The position numbers and the translations under genes are program-made. From an uncultured Clostridium sp. (GTDB taxonomy: Bacteria; Bacillota; Clostridia; Clostridiales; Clostridiaceae), in contig CAYXOL010000003.1 of the NCBI GenBank assembly GCA_964467165.1, forward strand, positions 32,415 through 96,414: 64,000 nt of DNA, read 5' to 3'. This document shows positions 50,603 through 60,723 of this stretch, piece after piece (position 1 is the stretch's first letter; the number at the start of each line of letters is the position of its first letter). A model generated the notes under the pieces. That model saw nothing but the letters and a program-made list of their open reading frames with translations. It searched no databases and was not told the origin of the DNA.

Positions 50603-51690
50603 AATTTAGTCTCCTTCATCTTCTTATTTATATTTTCTACAGACATGTTAGGGTTAATAGTATTTTCATGAGACAGCGCAAGTATTGCTGCGCTCATAGC
50701 AAATCTTGCACTGTGGTCTATGTCAAAATTATTAAAATGACTATAGGCTAGACCTGCAAGAGAAGCATCTCCTGCCCCAGTTGCATTAACCACCGATATC
50801 TTAGGGTTTTTTATATGCTTAGACTCTACACCATCATCATAATACATTCCATCCTCACCAAGACTTATAAAAACTTTTTTAACTCCCTTTTCTAAAAAGT
50901 AATTTGCGGCACTCTTTAAATCTGTTTCATTGTTTATCTTCATGCCTGATAGAATTTCTGCTTCAATTTTATTTGGTTTAATAGTATGGAAATAACCAAT
51001 GATGTCTTTCACCTTTTTTGCTTTAGTTGTGGACACTGTATCTAAGAAAAAATCCACACCCTTATAATTAGTTAAAATATATTCAATTGTTTCCTTTGGA
51101 ATATTAGTATCAATAATGCAAATCTTTGAATTTTCTATTGTATGCTGCTTGTTTTTAATAAAATCCACGCCAACCTTATCAACAATATCCATATGAGCTA
51201 TAGCTACCATCATATCCCCTGTGCCATCTAATATTGATAAATAGGTAGAAGTAGCATGCTCTTTTAAAACCAGGGTATCTTCCATATTAAGGTGAATTAA
51301 TCTTGATTCATCTAATATTTTTCTTCCATAAACATCATCACCCACCGCGCTAATAAGCTTAGTTTCAATGCCTAATTTCACTAGATTTTCACCAATATTA
51401 CGTCCTACACCACCAAGAGAAATCTTTACCACTCCGGGATTAGAATCTTTTAATATTAAATCATTACTAGGAAACCCTTGAATGTCAATATTAGTTCCAC
51501 CAACAATACTTATATAGGGCTGTTCACGTATAATATATCCTTTTCCTACTACATATCCTTTTTTTAGCAAATTAGTAATATGAACTGCCACGGAGGAACG
51601 TGTAATTCCTAAAGAATCTGCAAGTTCCTTTTGAGAAATCATAGGATTCTTTTTAATAAGTTCCAAAATTTCTTGTTCTCTATTTGTCAT
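50596..51690 (-). CDS. psuK: HTH-PfkB pseudouridine kinase
   Basis: N-terminal wHTH (SQKELA..LGITRSSVAVH), GGVGRNI and NATGAGD; operonic with psuG. Confidence 0.85.
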   Translation of the reverse strand: MTNREQEILELIKKNPMISQKELADSLGITRSSVAVHITNLLKKGYVVGKGYIIREQPYISIVGGTNIDIQGFPSNDLILKDSNPGVVKISLGGVGRNIGENLVKLGIETKLISAVGDDVYGRKILDESRLIHLNMEDTLVLKEHATSTYLSILDGTGDMMVAIAHMDIVDKVGVDFIKNKQHTIENSKICIIDTNIPKETIEYILTNYKGVDFFLDTVSTTKAKKVKDIIGYFHTIKPNKIEAEILSGMKINNETDLKSAANYFLEKGVKKVFISLGEDGMYYDDGVESKHIKNPKISVVNATGAGDASLAGLAYSHFNNFDIDHSARFAMSAAILALSHENTINPNMSVENINKKMKETKLC

Positions 51691-51945
51691 AAGCCTCTCC
51701 TTAATATATGTTTAGTACGTAAGCAATAGCTTATACATATAATATCATACCTATTTTTCTTTTTCAAGTGATTCTATATGATTTTTTTAAAATATATGAA
51801 ATTTATTCTAAATGCCTTCTTTTTACCTTTCTAAAAACTTATGGGATATTCTTCTTTACATTGGAAATACTAATAATTGATATTTGTCTTAAATATATTG
51901 GGGCATTAAGTTATATATCCTAGAGAAAGGTAAGGTGTTTTTAGA

Positions 51946-52425
51946 ATGTGCTTAGAAAACTTATCTAATGAAAAATTCAAACAACTAGATGATTTTATCA
52001 AAACTGTACCTACTGACCGCAGTTCTTTAATCGAAGTCTTACATAAGGCACAACAAATATTTGGATATCTTCCTAATGAAGTTCAGGATTTTGTCGGTGA
52101 AAAACTAGACGTTCCTACAGCTTCAGTATACGGCGTTGTAACCTTTTACTCTTATTTCACTACAATTCCTAGAGGTAAATATGTTATAAATGTCTGCACT
52201 GGAACGGCTTGCTTTGTACGAGGCGCCGCAGATATTTTAGCTGAATTTGAAAGAAGGCTGAATATATCTGCTGGAGAAACTACCCCTGATAAAAGATTTA
52301 CTATCGAGACCCTGCGATGTATAGGGGCCTGTGGACTTGCCCCAGTGGTAACTATCAATGATAAAGTTTATGGCCATGTGAAAACCAATGACGTAATAAA
52401 AATTTTACTAGAGTACTCAGAATAA
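51946..52425 (+). CDS. hydC: [FeFe]-hydrogenase gamma subunit (NuoE-like)
   Basis: CTGTAC..CIGAC [2Fe-2S] ligands; TFYSYF. Confidence 0.88.
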   Translation: MCLENLSNEKFKQLDDFIKTVPTDRSSLIEVLHKAQQIFGYLPNEVQDFVGEKLDVPTASVYGVVTFYSYFTTIPRGKYVINVCTGTACFVRGAADILAEFERRLNISAGETTPDKRFTIETLRCIGACGLAPVVTINDKVYGHVKTNDVIKILLEYSE

Positions 52426-52511
52426 GGCTTGTCAATAACAATTCAAAGATGCAAAACAGGTAGCAATTAATATTTGCTATTAACTTTAGAAACAGCGAGG
52501 AGGATTTAAAC

Positions 52512-54407
52512 TTGAATAAAATCAATTCTTTTCAAGAACTTGCTAAAGCTCATGAGGATTTTAAGCAGTTATTAATACTTAGAAAATACTCCCATAATGA
52601 GGAGTTAGGTGTGGAACATACTAGATGCAACCGTGAAATATTGGTTTGTGGAGGAACAGGCTGCCATTCTGCCCAAAGTCAACTTATCATTGATAACTTG
52701 ACTGCAAATATAAAAGATGCCGGCTTAGCAGATGAAGTAAAAGCACATATAACAGGATGTTTTGGTTTTTGCGAAAAAGGTCCTATAGTAAAAATCGATC
52801 CAGATAATGTATTTTATGTTCAAGTAAAACCAGAGGACACCAAGGAAATTGTGGAGCATCATCTACTTAATGGTAATATAATTGATAGATTATTATACGA
52901 AGAACCAACTTTGAAACAAAAGGTTAAAAGACAAGATGAAATGTCCTTTTATAAAAAGCAGTATAGAATTGCACTTAGGAACTGCGGTCTTATAAACCCT
53001 GAAGATATAAGAGAATCAATTGCGGAGCAAGGCTACTTGGCCCTTGGAAGGGTTATTACTACCATGTCTCAAGATGATATTATCAAACTAATCTCTGATT
53101 CAGGGCTTCGTGGACGTGGTGGTGGTGGTTTCCCCACAGGCACAAAATGGTCCTTTGCTAAGAAATACAAAGCAGATCAAAAGTATATTATATGTAATGC
53201 AGATGAGGGAGATCCTGGTGCTTTTATGGATCGCTCCATACTAGAAGGTGATCCTCATAGTGTACTAGAAGCTATGGCCATTGCTGGATACTCTATAGGA
53301 GCCTCCCTAGGTTTCATATATATTAGAGCGGAGTATCCTTTAGCCATTAATAGACTTAAAATAGCTATTAAACAGGCCCAGGACTATGGTGTTTTGGGTA
53401 ATAATATTTTAGGAACTGACTTTAGTTTCGATGTAAGATTAAAATATGGCGCCGGTGCCTTTGTTTGCGGAGAAGAAACTGCTCTTATAAACTCCATTGA
53501 AGGTTATCGGGGAGAACCAACAAATAAACCACCATTCCCTGCCCAAAGTGGTCTTTGGGATAAACCTACCTCAGTTAACAATGTAGAAACCTTTGCCTTA
53601 ATCCCTGCCATTATTAATAAAGGATCAGAATGGTTTAGCTCTATAGGAACGAAAACCTCTAAAGGAACAAAAGTTTTTGCTCTTGCAGGCAAAATTAACA
53701 ATGTAGGCCTTGTTGAAGTTCCTATGGGAACTACACTCCGAGAAATCATATATGATATTGGTGGTGGCATTAAAAACGGACGTGAATTCAAAGCGGTTCA
53801 AACTGGTGGACCTTCTGGCGGATGCATACCAGCTTCGCTCCTAGACACACCAATAGACTATGAATCACTAAATTCCATAGGCTCAATGATGGGCTCTGGT
53901 GGTATGATTGTGTTGGATGAGGATAATTGCATGGTGGATCTTGCGAAATTCTATCTTCAATTCACTTTAGAAGAATCTTGTGGTAAATGTACTCCTTGTA
54001 GAATAGGGAATACTAGATTATATGAAATATTAGAGAAAATAACAAAAGGTAGGGCTACCCAGCAAGACATAGCCAATTTGAAGGAACTTGGCCAAATTGT
54101 TAAAGATACTTCTCTTTGTGGTCTTGGTCAAACATCTCCAAACCCTATTTTAAGTAACCTAAAATATTTTGAAGAGGAATTCAATGCTCATGTAAGAGAT
54201 AAACATTGTCCTGCTGGAGTATGTAAAGAATTAGTAATGTATAAAATCACAGATAAATGTATAGGCTGTACTCGTTGTGCTAAGATTTGTCCTGTTACCT
54301 GTATAAGTGGTGAAGTAAAACGGCTACATGTTATTGACCAGGATAGATGCATTAAATGTGGTGCCTGTTATGAAGTATGTCCAGTAGATGCAATCATAAG
54401 AAAATAA
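52512..54407 (+). CDS. hydB: [FeFe]-hydrogenase beta subunit (NuoF-like, FMN/NAD)
   Basis: GLRGRGGGGFP, NADEGDPG, CGEETA, SCGKCTPC and a C-terminal 2x[4Fe-4S] domain. Confidence 0.9.
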   Translation: MNKINSFQELAKAHEDFKQLLILRKYSHNEELGVEHTRCNREILVCGGTGCHSAQSQLIIDNLTANIKDAGLADEVKAHITGCFGFCEKGPIVKIDPDNVFYVQVKPEDTKEIVEHHLLNGNIIDRLLYEEPTLKQKVKRQDEMSFYKKQYRIALRNCGLINPEDIRESIAEQGYLALGRVITTMSQDDIIKLISDSGLRGRGGGGFPTGTKWSFAKKYKADQKYIICNADEGDPGAFMDRSILEGDPHSVLEAMAIAGYSIGASLGFIYIRAEYPLAINRLKIAIKQAQDYGVLGNNILGTDFSFDVRLKYGAGAFVCGEETALINSIEGYRGEPTNKPPFPAQSGLWDKPTSVNNVETFALIPAIINKGSEWFSSIGTKTSKGTKVFALAGKINNVGLVEVPMGTTLREIIYDIGGGIKNGREFKAVQTGGPSGGCIPASLLDTPIDYESLNSIGSMMGSGGMIVLDEDNCMVDLAKFYLQFTLEESCGKCTPCRIGNTRLYEILEKITKGRATQQDIANLKELGQIVKDTSLCGLGQTSPNPILSNLKYFEEEFNAHVRDKHCPAGVCKELVMYKITDKCIGCTRCAKICPVTCISGEVKRLHVIDQDRCIKCGACYEVCPVDAIIRK

Positions 54408-54428
54408 AACACAAGAGAGGTGAAAACT

Positions 54429-56195
54429 TTGAATTTAGTAACTTTAACTATAAATGATAAAAAAATCGAAGTAGCAGAGGGCTCCTCTATTTTAGATGCT
54501 GCCAAAAGTCTTAATATTCGTATACCTACCTTATGTCATTTCAAGCTTCATGATGACAAAACTATAAATGATCCTGGTTCCTGCAGAGTATGCGTGGTAG
54601 AGGTAGAAGGGCGCAGAAATTTAGCTCCTGCCTGTTCTACTCCTGTTGCCAATGGAATGGTTATAAAAACTAATTCTATAAGGGCTATAAAAGCACGTAG
54701 AACAGTAGTTGAACTCTATCTTTCTAATCATCCTAAAGAATGCTTATTATGCGAGAAAAATCTTCACTGTGAACTTCAATCACTAGCCGCTGAACTAGAT
54801 ATTCGTGAAATTAGATATGAAGGTAAAATGTCTCATTATCCAATAGATAATTCAAGTTATTCTATTATTAGAAACTTAGATAAATGTGTTTTGTGTAGGC
54901 GTTGTGAAACTATGTGCAATGAAGTTCAGACCTGCAGAGTATTATCTGGAATTAATAGAGGATTTATAACCAATGTAGCCCCTGCTTTTAATGCACCTAT
55001 AGCTGAAACAAATTGTACTTTCTGCGGTCAATGCGTTGCGGTATGTCCAACTGCAGCTTTAACAGAAGTAAACTTCACTGCCAATGTATGGGATGCTATA
55101 AATGCTAAGGATAAAATTGTTGTAGTTCAAACTGCACCAGCTATAAGGGCTGCTCTTGGAGAAGAATTTGGTTTTGAGCCTGGTAGCTTAGTAACAGGTA
55201 AGATGGTATCTGCTCTACGTGCCCTGGGATTTGATTATGTTTTTGATACAGACTTTGCAGCTGACTTAACTATAATGGAGGAAGCTAGTGAATTTGTACA
55301 TAGGTTAGAACATGGTGGTACCTTACCTATACTTACAAGTTGTTGTCCTGCATGGATAAACATGTTAGAACATGACTATCCCGACATGCTAGATATTCCA
55401 TCTACTTGTAAATCTCCCCATGAAATGTTTGGCGTTGTAGCTAAAACATATTTTGCAGAGAAAATGAATATAGATCCTAAAAAAATGATAGTAGTATCTG
55501 TTATGCCATGCCTTGCTAAGAAATATGAAGCAGCACGAGATGAACTAAAACATGATAATTTAAGAGATGTAGATATTGTAATAACCACTAGAGAACTGGC
55601 AAAAATGATTAAAGAGGCTGGTATTGACTTTGCTTCACTGGAAGATGATAACTTTGACAATCCACTTGGAGAATCCTCTGGTGCTGGAGTTATCTTTGGA
55701 GCTTCCGGTGGTGTTTTAGAAGCTGCTGTGCGTACTGCTTATGAGTGGATTACAGGTGAAACTGGACCCACATTACAATTCCACGCTATTAGAGGCTTAG
55801 ATGGCTGTAAAAAAGCAACTCTTAAAATAAAAGATATGAATGTTAATGTAGCTGTAACTAATGGTCTAGGAAACGCCAGAAAACTACTTGAATCTATAAA
55901 AAGTGGTGAATCTACCTACCATATAATCGAAATCATGGCATGCCCGGGTGGCTGCATTGGTGGCGGTGGTCAACCATATATTTATGGAAATACAGATATT
56001 CTAAGGAAACGAATAGAGGCTATTTATAAAGAAGATGACCGCAAAACAATAAAGAAATCTCATGAAAATCCTTCTATTCAAAAACTTTATAGTGAATTTT
56101 TAGGTGAGCCTTATGGTGAAAAAGCTCATCATCTACTTCATACTCATTATGTTAATCGTAAATATCAAAAGATGAAGCAATATGAACCCAAGTAA
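54429..56195 (+). CDS. hydA: [FeFe]-hydrogenase group A catalytic subunit (trimeric, likely electron-bifurcating)
   Basis: H-cluster motifs TSCCPAW, MPCLAKKYE and EIMACPGGCIGGGGQP. TTG 54429 fits the RBS better than GTG 54420. Confidence 0.93.
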   Translation: MNLVTLTINDKKIEVAEGSSILDAAKSLNIRIPTLCHFKLHDDKTINDPGSCRVCVVEVEGRRNLAPACSTPVANGMVIKTNSIRAIKARRTVVELYLSNHPKECLLCEKNLHCELQSLAAELDIREIRYEGKMSHYPIDNSSYSIIRNLDKCVLCRRCETMCNEVQTCRVLSGINRGFITNVAPAFNAPIAETNCTFCGQCVAVCPTAALTEVNFTANVWDAINAKDKIVVVQTAPAIRAALGEEFGFEPGSLVTGKMVSALRALGFDYVFDTDFAADLTIMEEASEFVHRLEHGGTLPILTSCCPAWINMLEHDYPDMLDIPSTCKSPHEMFGVVAKTYFAEKMNIDPKKMIVVSVMPCLAKKYEAARDELKHDNLRDVDIVITTRELAKMIKEAGIDFASLEDDNFDNPLGESSGAGVIFGASGGVLEAAVRTAYEWITGETGPTLQFHAIRGLDGCKKATLKIKDMNVNVAVTNGLGNARKLLESIKSGESTYHIIEIMACPGGCIGGGGQPYIYGNTDILRKRIEAIYKEDDRKTIKKSHENPSIQKLYSEFLGEPYGEKAHHLLHTHYVNRKYQKMKQYEPK

Positions 56196-56254
56196 TATTT
56201 AAAAACAATTTAAGTTGACTCAATTGTTTACACCCTAACGATATTTTTTAAACT

Positions 56255-56359
56255 TAAGTGTTTTTTCTTAGATTATGCTAACAAAAGTATTTATTGTGTA
56301 AAAAGTCTTTTAGCAATATATACTTGACCTTATAGCAGAATCTAAGAAAAAAATACTTA
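56255..56359. terminator. Long imperfect hairpin between convergent genes
   Basis: TAAGTGTTTTTTCTTAGATTATGCTA / TAGCAGAATCTAAGAAAAAAATACTTA with an inner stem. Confidence 0.55.
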
Positions 56360-56361
56360 GA

Positions 56362-57291
56362 TCAAATTAAATGTGCGTTAACCCATTTTATTACATCCTC
56401 AATTACTTCTTCCTTATTAGTCTCATTTAGCATCTCATGTCTTCCATCTTTATAAAGCTTATGTGTTAAATCCACTATCCCATGCTCACTATAAGTCTTA
56501 ACTAGTTTTAGAACACCCTTACCATTTTTCCCAACAGGATCTTTAGCTCCTGAAAAAATATAAATAGGTAAATTTTTAGGAATATTTTTAATTTCCTTGT
56601 TGTCAGCTATACTCTTAAGACCACCTAAAAAGTCATAGAAAAATCCAGCTGTAAACACTGTTCCACAGAAAGGATCTTCTATATATTTATCTACTTGCCT
56701 ATTATCACTACTTAACCAATCGAAAGCTGTCCTATTTGGCTTAAAGGCATTATTATAACTTCCAAAAGATAATTTATCTAATTTATTACTTTTGCCAGTT
56801 CTCCCAATTTTCTTAATCTCACTCTTTGCTATAATTCTTGCTATATCTACAGTAATTCCTTGCTTACCGCAGGATCCTGAAATAATTGCGCCCTTTAATT
56901 CATTTCCATATAAGCAAATGTATCTTTGTGTTAAGAAAGATCCCATACTATGACCAAATAAAAATATAGGCAAATTACTATTTTCCACTTTTATTTTCTG
57001 GTTTAATTGATGCATATTTCCCACCATGGAGTTAAACCCATCTTCACCTAAGTCTCCCAGTTTAGAAACTTCCCCTGCAGTTTTCCCATGCCCCCTATGG
57101 TCATTAGCATACACAATAAACCCCTGATTTGTTAAAGTTCTTGCAAAACCTTCGTATCTAGTTGCTGTTTCTGCCATTCCATGCGCTATCTGAACTACCC
57201 CTTTAACTTGCACGTTCTCATCTGGTAACCATTTGTAAACAAATATTTCTAAATTCCCCTTGTCTACGATCTTAAAATTTTCTGATATCAT
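56362..57291 (-). CDS. Alpha/beta hydrolase (lysophospholipase/monoglyceride lipase-like)
   Basis: HGMAE, DHRGHG, GHSMG and RHEMLNE. Confidence 0.9.
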   Translation of the reverse strand: MISENFKIVDKGNLEIFVYKWLPDENVQVKGVVQIAHGMAETATRYEGFARTLTNQGFIVYANDHRGHGKTAGEVSKLGDLGEDGFNSMVGNMHQLNQKIKVENSNLPIFLFGHSMGSFLTQRYICLYGNELKGAIISGSCGKQGITVDIARIIAKSEIKKIGRTGKSNKLDKLSFGSYNNAFKPNRTAFDWLSSDNRQVDKYIEDPFCGTVFTAGFFYDFLGGLKSIADNKEIKNIPKNLPIYIFSGAKDPVGKNGKGVLKLVKTYSEHGIVDLTHKLYKDGRHEMLNETNKEEVIEDVIKWVNAHLI

Positions 57292-57373
57292 AACCCCATC
57301 CCCCTTAATATTTTTTATATAAAAACAATAACATTAAGCACAAAAGCTATAATTCCAAGTTTTTTATGTCACA

Positions 57374-57745
57374 TTATATTTTATCCATACTTTTTGAGGC
57401 TATTAAATCCACTCCTGTGCCTAAAATGTTTTTCGCTATTATGTCCCCCATTTTTATAGGAGAGTAAACCTCAATGTGATTTAATAGCTCCATACACTGA
57501 AAAACCTTACTCTTAGGTATATCACCTTTAGTTCTAACAGGCAATCTTTTCATCATAGCACCATTTATTTTTACAGTGGAAGTCAATACCCTAGTAGGAC
57601 TGGTTAGTTCTTTTATTCCATAGGAAACACCCCTATTACAGCCATTACCTATAACCTTATAACCACCTTTGCAAGTTTCATCTGCTATTAATGTAATTCT
57701 ACACCCCTTTGGGCAAACTATACAAATTAATTCAGCATTTTCCAT
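57374..57745 (-). CDS. DUF1667 domain protein
   Basis: CIVCPKGC, GNGC.RG and P.RVLTSTV. Confidence 0.9.
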   Translation of the reverse strand: MENAELICIVCPKGCRITLIADETCKGGYKVIGNGCNRGVSYGIKELTSPTRVLTSTVKINGAMMKRLPVRTKGDIPKSKVFQCMELLNHIEVYSPIKMGDIIAKNILGTGVDLIASKSMDKI

Positions 57746-59013
57746 TATTTTGTCACCTCTTCCTGGACTCTTATTAATATTGTAGAAAAGTTATTCCCCT
57801 GTAAATCTATTAAATTAATTTTAAGTGTTTCCATTTCTCCAGGAGCCATATGGGATTTATTTATTTCCTTTAATTTAACTCCATCTGCCTCAATAATTAA
57901 TTTAGCATTTTTATATACTTTTCTTACCCTTATAAATAAGTCTAAGCTTCCTTCTATATTACAAGGTCGCACCTTTTGAGGAACTATATAAGATACTCCC
58001 TGCCCTGGCATCATTGTTATAATTTTTCCTTCATCTTTAATTTTACCTTTTACAAATCTAGCAGCATTTTGCCCAGCTCGTCTACTTTCTTCCGTAACAT
58101 AATCCACCAAATCATGCACATGAACTACATTTCCACAGGCGAATATACCAGAAACATTTGTCTCCATAATTTCATTTACAACAGGGCCTCCAGTAACACT
58201 ATTAATTTCTATACCTGCACCTTTTGATAATTCATTTTCTGGTATTAAACCTACCGAAAGCAATAAGGCATCACAATCATAATATTTTTGTGTACCAGAA
58301 ATCACTCTTTTGTTTTCGTCTACCTCACCAATAATTATGCCTTCTACTCGATCTTTTCCTTTAATCTCTACTATGGTATGACTTAGAAGTAATGGTATAT
58401 TATAATCCTCTAAACACTGAACAATATTTCTAGTAAGTCCTCCGCAGTAAGGCATTACCTCAGCAACAACTTCAACCTTCGCACCTTCTAGGGTAAGTCT
58501 TCTAGCCATTATAAGTCCAATATCTCCCGAACCGAGAATAACTACTTTCTTACCAACCATGTATCCTTCCATATTTATATATCTTTGAGCTGTACCTGCA
58601 GTAAATATTCCTACTGGCCGAGTTCCTGGTATATTTATGGCTCCTCTTGTCCGCTCTCTACATCCCATAGCTAAAATTATCGCTTTAGCCTGAATAATCA
58701 TAAATCCCTCTTTACTATTCATTATCTTTAGAGATTTATCATTACCAATTTCTAATACCATGGTATCTATTTTATATTCTATGCCTAATAACTTTAACTC
58801 ATCAATAAATCTTTCTGCATACTCTGGGCCAGTAAGTTCTTCTTTAAAAACATGAAGACCAAATCCATTGTGAATGCACTGTTGCAAAATACCCCCAAGT
58901 TCTCTATCCCGCTCAATAACTAATACACTAGAAACACCATTTTTTTTAGCTTCTATTGCAGCTGCAAGACCTGCTGGTCCACCACCAATTACTACAATGC
59001 CATATTGGGTCAT
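57745..59013 (-). CDS. NAD(P)/FAD-dependent oxidoreductase (G3P dehydrogenase cluster subunit)
   Basis: GGGPAG, QCIHNGFG, AMGCRER and GSGDIG; ATG 59013. Confidence 0.9.
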   Translation of the reverse strand: MTQYGIVVIGGGPAGLAAAIEAKKNGVSSVLVIERDRELGGILQQCIHNGFGLHVFKEELTGPEYAERFIDELKLLGIEYKIDTMVLEIGNDKSLKIMNSKEGFMIIQAKAIILAMGCRERTRGAINIPGTRPVGIFTAGTAQRYINMEGYMVGKKVVILGSGDIGLIMARRLTLEGAKVEVVAEVMPYCGGLTRNIVQCLEDYNIPLLLSHTIVEIKGKDRVEGIIIGEVDENKRVISGTQKYYDCDALLLSVGLIPENELSKGAGIEINSVTGGPVVNEIMETNVSGIFACGNVVHVHDLVDYVTEESRRAGQNAARFVKGKIKDEGKIITMMPGQGVSYIVPQKVRPCNIEGSLDLFIRVRKVYKNAKLIIEADGVKLKEINKSHMAPGEMETLKINLIDLQGNNFSTILIRVQEEVTK

Positions 59014-59014
59014 A

Positions 59015-60463
59015 CTATTCATCCCCTTGTACTTCTTTTGTTTTACCCACAAGTATATGGGTATCCTTATTGCTTTTAAGTACTTTAAGTTCATCTATCT
59101 TTAGCTCTCTAGCTAATATCTCTACAATTCTAGGTCCACAAAATGCACCCTGACATATTCCCATACCAGGCCTTGCTCGTCTTTTTACACCATCTAAAGT
59201 TGTTGCGCCAGCCTTCCTGCTTATTGCATCTACAATTTCGCCTTCAGTAATGGATTCGCACCTACATATTATTCTGCCATATCTAGGGTCTTTTTTTATA
59301 GTCTTTGCTTTTTCTATGTCGCTAAGCTGTATAAATCTTATAACTTTTCTTCTTATAGGATTAAAATATTCTTTCTTTACTAATCCCCCTGCCTTATCAT
59401 TTAAAATTCCTACTACATATTCAGCTATAGCTGGGGCTGCTGATAACCCTGGTGATTCTATTCCCGCTACATTTATAAAATTTTCAGCTTCCGCAGACTC
59501 TTGGATTATAAAATCTCCAGTAGTTGAGGTAGCTCTAAGTCCTGAAAAAGAAGTAATAACGGCATTAAAAGGTATTTTCTTGCTAGTTTTATAAGAAGCA
59601 TTTCTCACTTCCTCAAGACCCATTGCAGTAGTCCCAGTATTTTCATTATCATCTAAATTTTCTGCATTTGGTCCTACTAGCAAGTTCCCATGGACAGTCT
59701 GAGTTACTACAACACCTTTACCACGCTTTGTTGGAGATTGAAAAATAACCCTGCTTACCAAAGTTGCGGCTTTCTTTTCAAATATAAAATATTGCCCTCT
59801 TCTTTGGATAATTTTAAAACTCTCACTGGCAACCATATTGTTTATTTTATCTGCATAAATCCCTGCACAATTAATAACATATTTTGCTTCTATCTGGTTA
59901 TTCCCCTTATTAATTATATAATAATTTTCTACTCTTTCTATTGATATTACTTTATTATTTAAAAATAATTCTACACCATTTTCCACTGCATTCTCAGCTA
60001 GTGCTATAGCAAGTTCAAATGGACCAACAATACCACAAGTACCCGCATATAACGCACCTATAACTTCTTCATTTAGGTTAGGCTCTAAAGCTTTGACCTT
60101 TTCTTTATCTATTAACTCCATATATGGTATTTTATTTTGCATTCCTTGCGCATAGAGTTCTTCCAGTCCAGCTATCTCTTCTTCATTACTAGCAATAACT
60201 AATGATCCTATCCTTTTAAATGGCACGTCTAGTTCCCTGCAAATTTTTTCAAACATTGGATTTCCTAGTGCATTAAACTTTGCTTTATTTGTACCAGGCT
60301 TGGCGTCATACCCTGCATGAACAATAGCACTATTCGCCTTAGTTGTTCCATTCGCCACATCACTGTCTTTTTCAATAAGAGCCACCTGAATATTATATCT
60401 AGATAATTCTCTTGCAATAAACGTGCCAATGACTCCTGCGCCAATTATAGCTACATCAAACAT
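59015..60463 (-). CDS. FAD-dependent oxidoreductase with BFD-like [2Fe-2S] domain (glycerol-3-phosphate dehydrogenase-like)
   Basis: GAGVIG, TTKANSAIVHAGYD, ESPGL and CRCE..GMG.CQG.FC. Confidence 0.88.
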   Translation of the reverse strand: MFDVAIIGAGVIGTFIARELSRYNIQVALIEKDSDVANGTTKANSAIVHAGYDAKPGTNKAKFNALGNPMFEKICRELDVPFKRIGSLVIASNEEEIAGLEELYAQGMQNKIPYMELIDKEKVKALEPNLNEEVIGALYAGTCGIVGPFELAIALAENAVENGVELFLNNKVISIERVENYYIINKGNNQIEAKYVINCAGIYADKINNMVASESFKIIQRRGQYFIFEKKAATLVSRVIFQSPTKRGKGVVVTQTVHGNLLVGPNAENLDDNENTGTTAMGLEEVRNASYKTSKKIPFNAVITSFSGLRATSTTGDFIIQESAEAENFINVAGIESPGLSAAPAIAEYVVGILNDKAGGLVKKEYFNPIRRKVIRFIQLSDIEKAKTIKKDPRYGRIICRCESITEGEIVDAISRKAGATTLDGVKRRARPGMGICQGAFCGPRIVEILARELKIDELKVLKSNKDTHILVGKTKEVQGDE

Positions 60464-60495
60464 TTTTACTCCTCCTGTAGTCCATCTATTAAATT

Positions 60496-60535
60496 ATCTC
60501 CTACGCTGCTGTAACTAACGACTTCAATAGGAGAT
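60496..60535 (-). repeat. Hairpin element homologous to 26348-26380
   Basis: ATCTCCTA...TAGGAGAT arms around TTGAAGTCGTTAGTTACAGCAGCG. Confidence 0.5.
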
Positions 60536-60550
60536 TTCTCTGTGATACAC

Positions 60551-60613
60551 AAAAAACCACACCTAGTAAATCTGTGATTAAACAGATTTGTCAGTGTGGC
60601 TCTCATTTCTCTT
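60551..60613 (-). promoter_or_regulatory. GlpP-type leader terminator
   Basis: AAGAGAAATGAGAGCCACA...TGTGGTTTTTT resembles B. subtilis glp leaders (GAGA-CCACA...TGTGG-T run). Confidence 0.7.
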
Positions 60614-60723
60614 AGCCATATTTCATATTTACTCTCAACAAAATTATATCACTAAAATATATATTTGCAAAGCAATTTTATTTAAATTCTAAAAAAATAT
60701 TGCACCATAGTATATATTAAAAT

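Noticed and set aside
51705-51740. Imperfect palindrome upstream of the HTH-PfkB gene as an autoregulatory operator
   Set aside because: Too weak to distinguish from background without orthologs.
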